DNA of 64,000 nt from Bacillota bacterium (GTDB taxonomy: Bacteria; Bacillota; Limnochordia; Darwinibacteriales; Darwinibacteriaceae). Under the pieces are notes generated by a model. It saw only the letters and a program-made list of their open reading frames with translations, searched no databases and was not told where the DNA came from. Below, piece by piece: positions 1-9,159 of this stretch (position 1 is the stretch's first letter; every line of letters begins with the position of its first letter). The position numbers were made by a program, and so were the translations under genes. The DNA is taken from contig JASGVS010000028.1 in assembly GCA_030054835.1 (NCBI GenBank), forward strand, positions 1,032-65,031, read 5' to 3'.

Positions 1-156
1 ATGGACATTGCAGCTCTTAAGGCAGATCAAGAAGAAAAACAGCTGATGGAGGACTTCATCGAGCATTTTCTCTATCTGAACCAGCTTGAGCGCAGTGATG
101 TCCCAGAACCTGACGGGGCACTGGTCAGGCTGGCCTTAGCCCAGCAAGCCAATTAG
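1..156 (+). CDS. 3' end of an unidentified gene (start lies upstream of window)
   Basis: Frame 1 is open from the window edge to TAG 154-156 (51 codons, ...LVRLALAQQAN). A strong intrinsic terminator follows. No diagnostic motif. Confidence 0.35.
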   Translation: MDIAALKADQEEKQLMEDFIEHFLYLNQLERSDVPEPDGALVRLALAQQAN

Positions 157-166
157 TCTTGTCTGA

Positions 167-198
167 CCCCTGTCCGCTGGAGCGGGTAGGGGTTTTTT
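167..198 (+). terminator. Rho-independent terminator
   Basis: Hairpin CCCCTGTCCGC-TGGA-GCGGGTAGGGG followed by TTTTTT. Confidence 0.75.
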
Positions 199-280
199 GA
201 TCCAGCTCTGAAGGAGCTTTTGTGTTTGGAGAGAAATACTTAGTTTAAGACTTAGTATAGTTGAAAGAGGCGAGGTATAC

Positions 281-1042
281 ATGAAGCAGGAGTTCCGGGC
301 GGAACTGCACGAACTGAGTAGGGTCAAAAGAGTGATTGGAGTTATCAGCGGCAAGGGAGGTGTAGGTAAATCCCTTGTCACTTCCCTCTTGGCCGTCGCC
401 GCCAATCGGCAGGGTTACAAGGTGGGGGTTCTAGACGGGGATATTACCGGCCCATCCATTCCAAAAAGCTTTGGTATTACCGGCATGGCGCAGGCTCAGG
501 CCGAAGGAGTCTACCCGGCTTTGAGCAAGAGTGGAATCTCCATCATGTCCATCAATCTGCTGCTGGAGGACACGACCGATCCGGTGGTGTGGCGGGGGCC
601 ACTAATCGGTGGGGCGGTGAAACAGTTCTGGACAGACGTGATTTGGGAAGACATTGATTACATGTTCATTGATATGCCGCCGGGGACGGGCGATGTACCC
701 TTAACCGTCTTCCAATCCATTCCGGTGGACGGCATCGTGGTTGTAACTTCACCCCAGGAATTGGTGTCCATGATTGTGGCCAAAGCTGTAAAGATGGCAG
801 AGATGATGAAAATCCCCCTGCTCGGTCTGGTGGAGAATATGTCTTACTTCATCTGCCCGGACTGCGGAGGCACCCATCGCATCTTCGGGGAGAGCCATAT
901 CGACCAAATCGCTTTGGAACACGGCCTGCCTGTTTTAGCCAAGCTGCCAATAGAGCCCAACATCGCCAAGTATGTGGACGAGGGTAGGGTAGAAGAACTG
1001 GATAGCTACGGTTTGGAGCTGGCATTAGAATACTTGAAATAA
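281..1042 (+). CDS. Mrp/NBP35/ApbC-family Fe-S cluster carrier ATPase
   Basis: 253 aa. Deviant Walker A GKGGVGKS, CPDCGG CxxC motif, Mrp-like length. SD-like GAGGCGAGG upstream of the ATG. Confidence 0.85.
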   Translation: MKQEFRAELHELSRVKRVIGVISGKGGVGKSLVTSLLAVAANRQGYKVGVLDGDITGPSIPKSFGITGMAQAQAEGVYPALSKSGISIMSINLLLEDTTDPVVWRGPLIGGAVKQFWTDVIWEDIDYMFIDMPPGTGDVPLTVFQSIPVDGIVVVTSPQELVSMIVAKAVKMAEMMKIPLLGLVENMSYFICPDCGGTHRIFGESHIDQIALEHGLPVLAKLPIEPNIAKYVDEGRVEELDSYGLELALEYLK

Positions 1043-1048
1043 GGAAAA

Positions 1049-1071
1049 CCGGGGAATTTTCCCCGGTTTTT
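1049..1071. terminator. Bidirectional intrinsic terminator between convergent genes
   Basis: CCGGGGAATTTTCCCCGG palindrome flanked by AAAA upstream and TTTTT downstream. Confidence 0.75.
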
Positions 1072-1094
1072 GTGTTGGGTCTTTGTTTAGCTGT

Positions 1095-1826
1095 TTAGAA
1101 CCAGAATACCATTGTTACTCTAGCAGTCACTTCAATCTCGCCTGGAGTGATGCTGGTCTCGGCTTGGTTAGCATAGGATGCGGCTCGCATTACCATAGCA
1201 TCTTGCAGCGGGACATAGGTGCCGTAGTCTTCGTTGATGGAGACAATGCCCTGGAGTTCGACACCTGCGCTGGCGGCCATTGCCTCCGCCTTCATTTTCG
1301 CCTGTTTGATGGCGCTCTGCAGGGCCTGCAGCTGAAGTTCTTGTTTGTCGGCTAGATCAAAGCGGATGCCTTGTACTTGGTTGGCTCCGGCTTTCACTGC
1401 CGCATCGATGATTCTACCCACTTGGTCTAGGTTTTTGGTTGTAATGTTGATCCGATTCTGCACCTGATAGGTAGTGATCGTCTCTTCCGACGGGGTGTTT
1501 CTGTTGACCACTTGGCTGTAGCTGTAGATGTTGTAGCCGCTAGTGCTGATCTCTTTTTCGGTCAGCCCCAAGGCCCGTAACGCTTCCATCACTGCTGCCA
1601 TACGCTGGGCGTTTTCGGCAGCTGCAACGTCTGCAGAAGTGCTGGAGGTCTCTACTCCGAGGGTGATGTGGGCCGTATCCGGATCAGCGCTGATGACCGC
1701 ATTACCGGAAACGGTCAGTTTGCCCACGTTTTCGGGAATTTGGGCGGCAAGGGCACCCGTTCCTCCAAGTGCTAGAGTTAGAATTAAGACAATCGGGAAA
1801 ACCATGTTCCTGAGTTTTTTTAGCAT
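1095..1826 (-). CDS. SIMPL-domain (DUF541) secreted protein
   Basis: 243 aa. N-terminal signal peptide (MLKKLRNMVFPIVLILTLALGG). Overall pattern (VSGNAVISADPDTAHITLGVE..., YQVQNRINI) is typical of the SIMPL / 26-kDa periplasmic protein family. Confidence 0.7.
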   Translation of the reverse strand: MLKKLRNMVFPIVLILTLALGGTGALAAQIPENVGKLTVSGNAVISADPDTAHITLGVETSSTSADVAAAENAQRMAAVMEALRALGLTEKEISTSGYNIYSYSQVVNRNTPSEETITTYQVQNRINITTKNLDQVGRIIDAAVKAGANQVQGIRFDLADKQELQLQALQSAIKQAKMKAEAMAASAGVELQGIVSINEDYGTYVPLQDAMVMRAASYANQAETSITPGEIEVTARVTMVFWF

Positions 1827-1841
1827 GATAATCTTCCTTTC

Positions 1842-2408
1842 CTATTCTTCTATCGTTACTTCACTGCTGCCGTATAGGGCGTAAATCTGACCATCCCTCG
1901 TAATCTGCCCTTCAACCGTGAGGCGGTAGGTACCGGCTCGGTTAGGGGCACTTACAAACAGTACTCTCGTTGGGAACAGATCTTCTTCTGCCAGCAACCG
2001 CTCTTCCACCAGTTCTTCCTGCCCATCGTTCAGCTCCCAAATTGTTAGGCGCGGCTGCCGCACCATTTTGGACTGATCGGCGTGCAGGTAGATGTCAAGA
2101 GGTATCTCCAGCTGCCCTCCGGCTTTGAGCCTGACTTCTTCATCCAGCATGATTGCGGAGAAAGTCTGTAGGCGGGGCGCCGATTCCAGCATGGGCTGGG
2201 GTTGTTCAGGCGGAGGCAGGCTGGTGCGCAGCACTACGGCGATTACTGCCGCCGCTGCAGCTGTTCCGAGCCAGAGGGGAGTCCGCTGCCACCAGGGTTT
2301 GGGCGGCCGCTTCAATTTGGCTGCAATGTTATCCCACATCTGATCGGCTGAGCCGGTCCATTGGCTGTTTTCCTCTAAAGCCTGTTTGATTTCCCTGTCT
2401 AAGGCCAT
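1842..2408 (-). CDS. Putative anti-sigma factor (single-pass membrane protein)
   Basis: 188 aa. Start lies 1 nt after the stop of the ECF sigma gene (coupled). One TM helix LWLGTAAAAAVIAVVL. Assignment rests on position only. Confidence 0.5.
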   Translation of the reverse strand: MALDREIKQALEENSQWTGSADQMWDNIAAKLKRPPKPWWQRTPLWLGTAAAAAVIAVVLRTSLPPPEQPQPMLESAPRLQTFSAIMLDEEVRLKAGGQLEIPLDIYLHADQSKMVRQPRLTIWELNDGQEELVEERLLAEEDLFPTRVLFVSAPNRAGTYRLTVEGQITRDGQIYALYGSSEVTIEE

Positions 2409-2409
2409 G

Positions 2410-2964
2410 TCAGTCCCTCCCTTCCAATTGGGCCATATGTTTCTTCAGCCGCTGCCTGGCCGTGTAAAGCCGGGATTTTACAGTTGTGACGGGTACACCT
2501 AGTACTTCCGCCGTTTCCGCCTCGCTCAGCCCACTAACGTACTTCAGCAGGAGGGGGAGGCGGTGATTGTCGTCCAGTTCATTAATGGCCGCAAAGAGTG
2601 CGTTGAGTTTCTCCTTTTCCGCCAGATGTTCCTCTGGGGCGAACAGGCGGTGGGGATTTTCCACCTCCACCTCATAGGGTACATCACCTGTCTGAAACCG
2701 GCTTTTGGTTCGTTTGGCCTGATTCACCACAATCCGGGTAAACCAGGGCTGAAAGGGCCTGTCGTCTTGAAAGGTATGGAGTGCGCCGAAAGCCCTGAGG
2801 AAAGCTTCCTGCACCGCATCTTCCGCAGTAGCCCAGTCGCGGGTGATGAGATAGGCTAGCCGCACAGCGCTTTCCACATGTCGACGGAAGATTGCTTCCA
2901 TAGCATCTTGGGCTCCCTGCTTGGCCAATTGAATTAACTGTTGTTCTGTCAGGTCCATTTCCAT
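2410..2964 (-). CDS. ECF-type RNA polymerase sigma-70 factor
   Basis: 184 aa. Region 2 (DAVQEAFLRAF, PWFTRIVVN) and region 4 HTH (LSEAETAEVLGVPVTTVKSRLYTARQRL). Confidence 0.9.
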   Translation of the reverse strand: MEMDLTEQQLIQLAKQGAQDAMEAIFRRHVESAVRLAYLITRDWATAEDAVQEAFLRAFGALHTFQDDRPFQPWFTRIVVNQAKRTKSRFQTGDVPYEVEVENPHRLFAPEEHLAEKEKLNALFAAINELDDNHRLPLLLKYVSGLSEAETAEVLGVPVTTVKSRLYTARQRLKKHMAQLEGRD

Positions 2965-3174
2965 CCCCTCCCTTATGCCCTTTCACTTTATATATCCTTC
3001 GGGATCGGGAAAAGTTTATGCTTTTGCCCATTTATTTCTGTAATCTTTTCCCAATACCCCCTCAATGGGTGCAAAAGAATGGCAGATTAGGCGAAAGGGG
3101 TGCACTTGAGCGGCAGGAAAGATCCCACTGGTAAAGAATAGAATTAAGTAACACATAAGACAGGGGGCAGTAGA

Positions 3175-3516
3175 ATGAAAAAGATCGCGATTGTGAGCTT
3201 TAAAGGTGAAATGCCCTGTTTTGTCCACGCTCTGCTCAATGTGTGGAATTACCATGAGCGGGGCTATGAAACGGCTTTAATTGTGGAGGGGGCTTCCACG
3301 GCTAGGCTTGCCGATATTGGCGCCTCACCCAAGGCCGAGTTGTGGGAGAAGATCAAGGCCGCTGGGCTGGTTAAATCGGTCTGTAAGGCGTGTGCAGCTC
3401 AAATGGGTACGTTGGAAGAAGTGGAAAAACAGGGTCTGCCCATTGATGCAGCCTTGTCCGGACATTCCGATTTAGAGGTGTTCACGGCCCAAGGCTACGA
3501 CTTAGTTCTTTTTTAG
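3175..3516 (+). CDS. Small DsrE/DsrF-like family protein (tentative)
   Basis: 113 aa with good SD (CAGGGGG). Rossmann-like beta-alpha start MKKIAIVSF and conserved Cys residues. The family call is by general resemblance only. Confidence 0.4.
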   Translation: MKKIAIVSFKGEMPCFVHALLNVWNYHERGYETALIVEGASTARLADIGASPKAELWEKIKAAGLVKSVCKACAAQMGTLEEVEKQGLPIDAALSGHSDLEVFTAQGYDLVLF

Positions 3517-3531
3517 CAGGAGAGGAAGCTT

Positions 3532-3954
3532 GTGAACCGACAGAAAATTACGGAAGCGAAAAAGGTCGCCCAAAGGACGTTGGACCTGTTGGACCAGGCT
3601 GGACGCGAGCTGAAAAGCGCGCGCAACTGGGGTATTTACGATATGTTGGGGGGTAAGATGCTCAGCAGTCTGATAAAGCACAGCAAGGTGAGCAAGGCAG
3701 AGTCCCTCTTACGAGCGGTGCAGGATAACCTACATCAATTACAGAAGAAGTTGGGCGATGTGAATGTGGAACTTGATCCCGCTCTGCGAGTTTCAGAATT
3801 TGAAGCGTTTATCGATATTGCATTCGATAACATCATTTCTGACTGGTTTGTACAGAGCAAGATCAAGGGAAGCCTGCGCGATGTGGAACGGCTCCAGATG
3901 GAAGTGCGGAGGATAGTGACAAGGCTTGAACGTCTGGAGAGGGACACGGTGTAA
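3532..3954 (+). CDS. Hypothetical coiled-coil protein
   Basis: 140-aa ORF with GTG start after GGAGAGGAAG. No recognisable motif. Confidence 0.45.
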   Translation: MNRQKITEAKKVAQRTLDLLDQAGRELKSARNWGIYDMLGGKMLSSLIKHSKVSKAESLLRAVQDNLHQLQKKLGDVNVELDPALRVSEFEAFIDIAFDNIISDWFVQSKIKGSLRDVERLQMEVRRIVTRLERLERDTV

Positions 3955-4074
3955 GAGAGCAAGAATCCAAATACAGATGGAGAAGAAGGAATAAATGCCG
4001 ACAAGAGATATAGTTATTCGCACTAAATTAGTAAAAGCATCCACAGCTCGGTTGGGGAACGGCGGGGTGGTACC

Positions 4075-6516
4075 ATGAGTAGGTTTATCCATCGAATTTA
4101 CGGGTTAGGTATAACTTTTGCCCTAATCATGGCGCTGACCACGTTTATCACCCATCGGCATCATGAAAATGTCTTTATCCGTGAAGTGGAGCGCACTATA
4201 GAGCTAAAGCTGGACAACATTGTAACCCAGATCCGCACCGAACTCCAAGATGTGGAAAAGGTGCTCGATGCTGGTGAAATCGCTGTCCGCTTAGATGTGG
4301 ACGATCATGACCAGATTTTAACCTTTTTTAGGCAGTTGGTGGCTAAGAACGAAACCCTGATAGCCCTTTATTTGGGTACTCCCGACGGCGTTTCACTTTA
4401 TGTAAACGGGAAGCAGCCGCCGCCCGGGGTGGATGTGCGTACCCGGCCCTGGTACAACGCCGCTGTGGCTGAAGGCGGAGTGATCTTTACCGCTCCCTAC
4501 GTAGATTTGGTGGATGACCGGTTGGTCATGACCATGGCCCAGCCCATTTACGAGAACGGTGAGCTCTTGGGTGTGATTGGCTTAGACACATCGTTGGAGA
4601 CCATCGTCTCCCTCTTAGATAGGGAGAAGGTTTCGGAAAGCGGTGCCTCGTTCTTCTTCACCCAATCAGGGGAGATTATAGTCCAGTCCGGCCAGGAGTT
4701 GAGTAGTGAACCTTACAATCTCTGCACAGTTGCGGACTGCGACTTCTTCTTAGAGCCGCAGGGACTGCGGAGTATTGCTTGGCAGGGTAAAGAAGGTTAC
4801 CTGCGCTGGGAATCGCTCGAGAATCTACAGCTAATGATTGGCGCTTTTGTGCCTTACGAAGAAGTGATGAATCGGCAGGCCATGAATGTACAGATGGTGG
4901 CCACCGTTTTCCTATCCTCGGTATTCATCTTTTACTTACTTTTTGTTTTCCAAAGGCGATACATAGTTCAGCCCATCCGCGATTTGGATAGGGATATTAT
5001 GTCCATACCAGTTGACGATTTCGCCTACCGTCTGCCTATCCTGTCCCATCATGCCTTTCCGGCGCTGCGGGCAACCATTAACCAGACGCTGGCGAAAACG
5101 CAGGAGCAGTTTGAAAATGTTATGCATCAGCAGGAAGAGCTGGAAGCGACGTATGCTCAGCTTGTGGCCCACGAACGGCAGCTGCAGAAACAGTATGATG
5201 AGATCAAGCAGCATGAAGCCCATATCCAATACTTAGCCGATCACGATTCCTTGACCGGACTTCTCAACCGTAGGAAGTTCGAGGAAGACGTGGAGAAGAC
5301 GCTGAATGCAGGCGGTGCAGGTGCAATCCTGCTCCTTGATATTGACAACTTCAAGGTGATCAACGATACGCAGGGGCATGTCTTCGGTGACCAAGTGCTC
5401 CAGTTTGTGGCCGGCGTGCTTAGGGTCAACCCTCGCCAGGAAGTGAAGGCCTACCACTTCGGTGCTGATAAGTTCCTGGTTCACCTGGCCGGCGTAAATG
5501 AAGAAGAAGAGGTGATCCGCACCATCCACGCCCTTAGGTCCAGTATGTATGGGATAAGGGTGATTAATGGCAAGCGGACCCATGTAACTGCCAGTATAGG
5601 GGTCGCTCTCTATCCCCAGGATGGGGAAAGCGTTGATGAGCTCCTGATCAAAGTAGATATAGCCCTGCACAACGCCAAAAACAAAGGTAAGAATCGTTTC
5701 CTATTCTTCCAGGAGGATATGGCCGACACCTTCAGTCAGCGCGTGCAGCTAGAGCAGATGCTGGTTGAGGCGCAGCAGGCGGGCAATTTCAAGCTGGTCT
5801 ATCAACCCATTGTCAGTGTTGCCACGGGCGAAATCGCTTACCTGGAGGCGTTAATTCGTATTCGGGGTAATGAAGGGGTCTCCCCTGAAGTCTTTATCTC
5901 CATTGCAGAAGAATCCAATCTCATTCTGCCCATTGGGCGCTGGGTGATCGAAGAAGCTATCAGTCAGATTGTAAAATGGCGCAGGGCAGGCAAGCCGGTC
6001 AGACCCGTATCCATCAACCTCTCAACGAAACAGTTTTATGATGACGGTTTGGTTGATTTCCTTGAGAGACAGTTGACTCGCTACGATCTGGAGCCCACGT
6101 TGTTGGAAATGGAGATTACTGAGACGGTGCTCATCGGCAATCCTGAGGAAGCTTTGGAGATAATCAACCGCATCAGGAACCTAGGTGTGAGAATCGCCCT
6201 GGACGACTTCGGCACCGGTTATTCTTCCATCAACTACATAACCAGAATGCCCGTTGACCGCATCAAGCTAGAACGGCATATGACCCAGAAGCTGGGGGAA
6301 AACATTGCGGTTATGGAAGGTTTGATCGCCATTGCCCACGGCTTGGATATGGACGTTGTGGGTGAAGGTGTGGAGACGGAGGAAGAGGCACGCCTCTTAA
6401 TTGAAGTAGGTTGTGATTTCCTCCAAGGTTATCTCTTCTCCCATCCGGTGGAGCCCTCTGAGGCGGAGAAGCTGATGGAGATGGATTACAGCGAACTGCT
6501 TGGGATTGACCCCTAG
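4075..6516 (+). CDS. Membrane c-di-GMP signalling protein: dCache sensor, HAMP, degenerate GGDEF, EAL phosphodiesterase
   Basis: 813 aa. Two TM segments flank a Cache-like periplasmic domain (PWYNAAV...LGVIGLDTSL). In the GGDEF domain the signature reads FGADKF (nt 5458-5475). EAL motifs are intact: YLEALIRI, EITE, DDFGTGYSS, EGVETEEE, QGYLFSHP. Confidence 0.9.
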   Translation: MSRFIHRIYGLGITFALIMALTTFITHRHHENVFIREVERTIELKLDNIVTQIRTELQDVEKVLDAGEIAVRLDVDDHDQILTFFRQLVAKNETLIALYLGTPDGVSLYVNGKQPPPGVDVRTRPWYNAAVAEGGVIFTAPYVDLVDDRLVMTMAQPIYENGELLGVIGLDTSLETIVSLLDREKVSESGASFFFTQSGEIIVQSGQELSSEPYNLCTVADCDFFLEPQGLRSIAWQGKEGYLRWESLENLQLMIGAFVPYEEVMNRQAMNVQMVATVFLSSVFIFYLLFVFQRRYIVQPIRDLDRDIMSIPVDDFAYRLPILSHHAFPALRATINQTLAKTQEQFENVMHQQEELEATYAQLVAHERQLQKQYDEIKQHEAHIQYLADHDSLTGLLNRRKFEEDVEKTLNAGGAGAILLLDIDNFKVINDTQGHVFGDQVLQFVAGVLRVNPRQEVKAYHFGADKFLVHLAGVNEEEEVIRTIHALRSSMYGIRVINGKRTHVTASIGVALYPQDGESVDELLIKVDIALHNAKNKGKNRFLFFQEDMADTFSQRVQLEQMLVEAQQAGNFKLVYQPIVSVATGEIAYLEALIRIRGNEGVSPEVFISIAEESNLILPIGRWVIEEAISQIVKWRRAGKPVRPVSINLSTKQFYDDGLVDFLERQLTRYDLEPTLLEMEITETVLIGNPEEALEIINRIRNLGVRIALDDFGTGYSSINYITRMPVDRIKLERHMTQKLGENIAVMEGLIAIAHGLDMDVVGEGVETEEEARLLIEVGCDFLQGYLFSHPVEPSEAEKLMEMDYSELLGIDP

Positions 6517-6539
6517 CATGGAAAGGGGAAGGTGGCGTC

Positions 6540-7148
6540 ATGGCTCTTTTTGTGAGTAATCTGGCCAGTGCTGGGGTTCAGGTTATCGTCTTTGCCTTGC
6601 TTCCCTTGGCCTGGTGGCTTATCTTTCACAGGCAGAAGGTAGGCTTTTTCCAATGGCTTGGCCTAAAGGGGGTCCCGAGGGACAAGGTCAGGGACTGTGT
6701 GCGGTGGTCCGTGGCGGTAATGGTGCTGTCTGCGCCTCTACCTATCCTGATTTTTCGAGTACTGCGCGGTGTTCCCAGCGCCACATCCCAATTCGCAGGC
6801 CTGGGTCTAGGTGCGCTGCCGGGTGCCTTGGTGTTTGCCTTTCTGCAGACAGGCCTGTCTGAGGAGATTCTCTTTCGCGGTTTTCTCTTAAAGCGCCTGG
6901 CAGTCCGTTTCGGTTTTGGGGCGGGCAACATGGTCCAGAGCGTTATCTTTGGCGCCATCCACGGCTTAGGGTTCTTTACTTCAGTGGGCTGGTTCTGGGC
7001 GCTCCTGATCACCCTGTTCACAGGTATTAGCGCTTGGTTCATGGGGTATATCAACGAGAAGAAGGCGGACGGTTCTATTTTGCCCAGCTGGATTATGCAT
7101 GGGGTGTCAAATGTCCTGTCCTCGCTGATGAGTATGGTCTTTTTTTAG
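6540..7148 (+). CDS. CPBP-family (CAAX/Abi) intramembrane metalloprotease
   Basis: 202 aa and polytopic. Motifs EEILFRG, FGAIHG and HGVSN. Confidence 0.85.
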   Translation: MALFVSNLASAGVQVIVFALLPLAWWLIFHRQKVGFFQWLGLKGVPRDKVRDCVRWSVAVMVLSAPLPILIFRVLRGVPSATSQFAGLGLGALPGALVFAFLQTGLSEEILFRGFLLKRLAVRFGFGAGNMVQSVIFGAIHGLGFFTSVGWFWALLITLFTGISAWFMGYINEKKADGSILPSWIMHGVSNVLSSLMSMVFF

Positions 7149-7564
7149 AACGGCGCCCCTTCAATGGCGTAGATGTCGTTAATGGGAACTACAACACCGC
7201 TTTCCAGTGTTAAGCAGTTTTTGTAGGCATCGAACTTCTTTACTTTTCCCGTTTCAGTTACGTAGATTCCCCCTGGCTTGTGGTCATCGGGGAGGAAATA
7301 GGTGATGGACACAGTCCATCCCTCCTTAAGGTTTTCAGCGAGCAAGAGCAGCCTGGCGTTAAGCCGGGCTTTTTCATCTTCTGTGAGGATCGCCTTATCT
7401 TCCGTAACTCTGGCCGTCTCTTCCATCAGCTCGGAGTGGCCTGCTAGAGCAGCAAAGGGCGAAAACTGGGCAGCCCGATCAAGGCGGGACATGGGGGGCC
7501 TTGTCTTGGAACGGTGGCGGGGTAGGTGAATAATGTCCTCGTAATGTTTGTAATCGTTATTCAT
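7145..7564 (-). CDS. YolD-like protein (partner of Y-family polymerases)
   Basis: 139 aa. AQFSPFAALAGH motif. Its ATG overlaps the stop of the upstream polymerase gene (ATGA), as in the B. subtilis uvrX-yolD and yqjW-yqzH pairs. Confidence 0.75.
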   Translation of the reverse strand: MNNDYKHYEDIIHLPRHRSKTRPPMSRLDRAAQFSPFAALAGHSELMEETARVTEDKAILTEDEKARLNARLLLLAENLKEGWTVSITYFLPDDHKPGGIYVTETGKVKKFDAYKNCLTLESGVVVPINDIYAIEGAPF

Positions 7565-9090
7565 GCCTTATGCCCCCCAATCCGTTTGTTCTGATCCTTG
7601 GTAGTTGCCCCTTTCAACAGGTTCATGCCTTTGAGGATGGCGTTCTTTCCGTACTTCTTTTGGATTTTAAGCAACGCCTCCTGGGCCTGCCTTTCCTTCT
7701 CTAGAACGTCTTCCCTTGCTTCCGCAACCTGTCCTTCATCTGCAAACAAACTGAGCTGTTCCCAATTATTACTTTCACCCAAGTCACTCTCACTCTGCAC
7801 ATTGTTGGCAGTGACATTGATCTTGCGCACCAAAAGATTCTCGTTTGTAATGCGTTCATAGAGGCCAACCATGGCATCGGTGATTAGTTTGCTGGAGGAT
7901 GTTGCCATGGGCAGCTTGGCGCTGCCGTGGGCGTGCTTGGGTATTGTCCTGCCGTAGGCATCGGTTGTGATGGGGCCATGGTAGTTTTTTCTCAGTTCTG
8001 GATCTAGCAGGCTCTCCCGATCGTAATTGACCGTAAGTACTACTTGATCCGTGACCAGGCCCTTATCAACCAAATCAAGGACTAAAAGATCGGTCATCTC
8101 CCGCACCACCAGTCTCGCCTCTTCGTAGCTGTAGGGGCGGGGTAACGTCTGGCCCGACCCGATGCTTTTACTCTGGGGTTTGTAGGCTTTAATATCTGCG
8201 ATGGTCACAGGTTCCCAGCCCCAGGCGTGGTCAATGAGGAGTTCAGCGTTGACACCGAACAGGCGGTAGAGAAGATCTTCGTTGTGATATTCATCAGCCT
8301 TGCCTAGAGAGCAGCGGGCTATATCACCCATTGTGAAGAGACCTTCGGCCTCCAGTTTGGAGGCGTAGCCCCTGCCTACCCGCCAAAAGTCAGTGAGGGG
8401 GCGGTGGCTCCACAGCTGCTTTCTGTAACTCATTTCATCTAGTTCAGCAACGCGTACTCCGTCCTCATCTGGCTTACTTCTCTTGGCCACAATATCCATG
8501 GCCACTTTAGCCAAGTAGAGATTCGTACCAATACCGGCAGTGGCTGTGATCCCCGTTGTTTTCAGCACATCACGGATTATGGTCATGGCCAGATCATGGG
8601 CGGTCATGCGGTAAGTCTTCAGGTAAGAGGTGACATCCATGAACACTTCGTCGATGGAATAAACGTGCATATCTTCGGGCGCAATGTATTTTAAATAAAC
8701 CTGGTAGATCCGGGCGCTGTAATCCAAATAGTGAGCCATCCTGGGGGGAACTATCAGGTAATCGATTGCATAGTCAGGATTGGCCTGCAGCACTGTATCG
8801 TCCCAAGAGCTTTTGGTCAGGACCGGAACCCGTGCTTTTCTGCGCCTTTCAGCGTTTGCTTCCTTAACTTTCTGCACCACTTGGAAAAGTCTGGGACGAC
8901 CGGGTATTCCGTGCTGGCGCAGGGGAGGGGAGACCGCCAAGCAGATCGTTTTTTGACTGCGAGACTGATCCGCCACAACCAAATTGGTGGTAAGGGGATT
9001 AAGTCCCCGTTCTACGCATTCCACCGAGGCATAAAAGGACTTAAGATCAAGTGCGATATAAGTGCGGTTGGTTTGGTCCACGGCGTCCAC
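7561..9090 (-). CDS. Y-family DNA polymerase (UmuC/UvrX/ImpB type)
   Basis: 509 aa. N-terminal IALDLKSFYASVECVERG palm motif. The true start is possibly the second GTG at 9081, which has better SD spacing. Confidence 0.9.
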   Translation of the reverse strand: MDAVDQTNRTYIALDLKSFYASVECVERGLNPLTTNLVVADQSRSQKTICLAVSPPLRQHGIPGRPRLFQVVQKVKEANAERRRKARVPVLTKSSWDDTVLQANPDYAIDYLIVPPRMAHYLDYSARIYQVYLKYIAPEDMHVYSIDEVFMDVTSYLKTYRMTAHDLAMTIIRDVLKTTGITATAGIGTNLYLAKVAMDIVAKRSKPDEDGVRVAELDEMSYRKQLWSHRPLTDFWRVGRGYASKLEAEGLFTMGDIARCSLGKADEYHNEDLLYRLFGVNAELLIDHAWGWEPVTIADIKAYKPQSKSIGSGQTLPRPYSYEEARLVVREMTDLLVLDLVDKGLVTDQVVLTVNYDRESLLDPELRKNYHGPITTDAYGRTIPKHAHGSAKLPMATSSSKLITDAMVGLYERITNENLLVRKINVTANNVQSESDLGESNNWEQLSLFADEGQVAEAREDVLEKERQAQEALLKIQKKYGKNAILKGMNLLKGATTKDQNKRIGGHKA

Positions 9091-9123
9091 CCCCTAAGGT
9101 TATTATAAACGAAAACGCAGGGA

Positions 9124-9159
9124 GATGAAAATGTAAGGGGGGTGGCTTAGCCACTCCCC
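9124..9159 (-). terminator. Probable intrinsic terminator of the HTH gene
   Basis: On the minus strand: GGGGAGTGGC-TAA-GCCACCCCCC hairpin overlapping the stop codon, then TTACATTTTC. Confidence 0.5.

Noticed and set aside
1083-1355. Many 60-220 aa ORFs in the track lie antisense to, or out of frame within, much longer well-supported genes. Examples: 136-405(-), 1083-1355(+), 14172-14744(-), 24348-24746(-), 30547-31050(-), 32199-32888(-), 35218-35874(-), 39947-40366(-).
   Set aside because: - They fully overlap genes that have clear family motifs.
- They have low-complexity, Arg/Ser/Pro-rich translations typical of antisense frames in GC-moderate DNA.
- They lack SD sequences.
9091-9158. LexA/Cheo box (GAAC-N4-GTTC) upstream of the Y-family polymerase.
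   Set aside because: No such motif is present on either strand of the 68-nt region. The nearest resemblance (CGAAAACG) does not fit.
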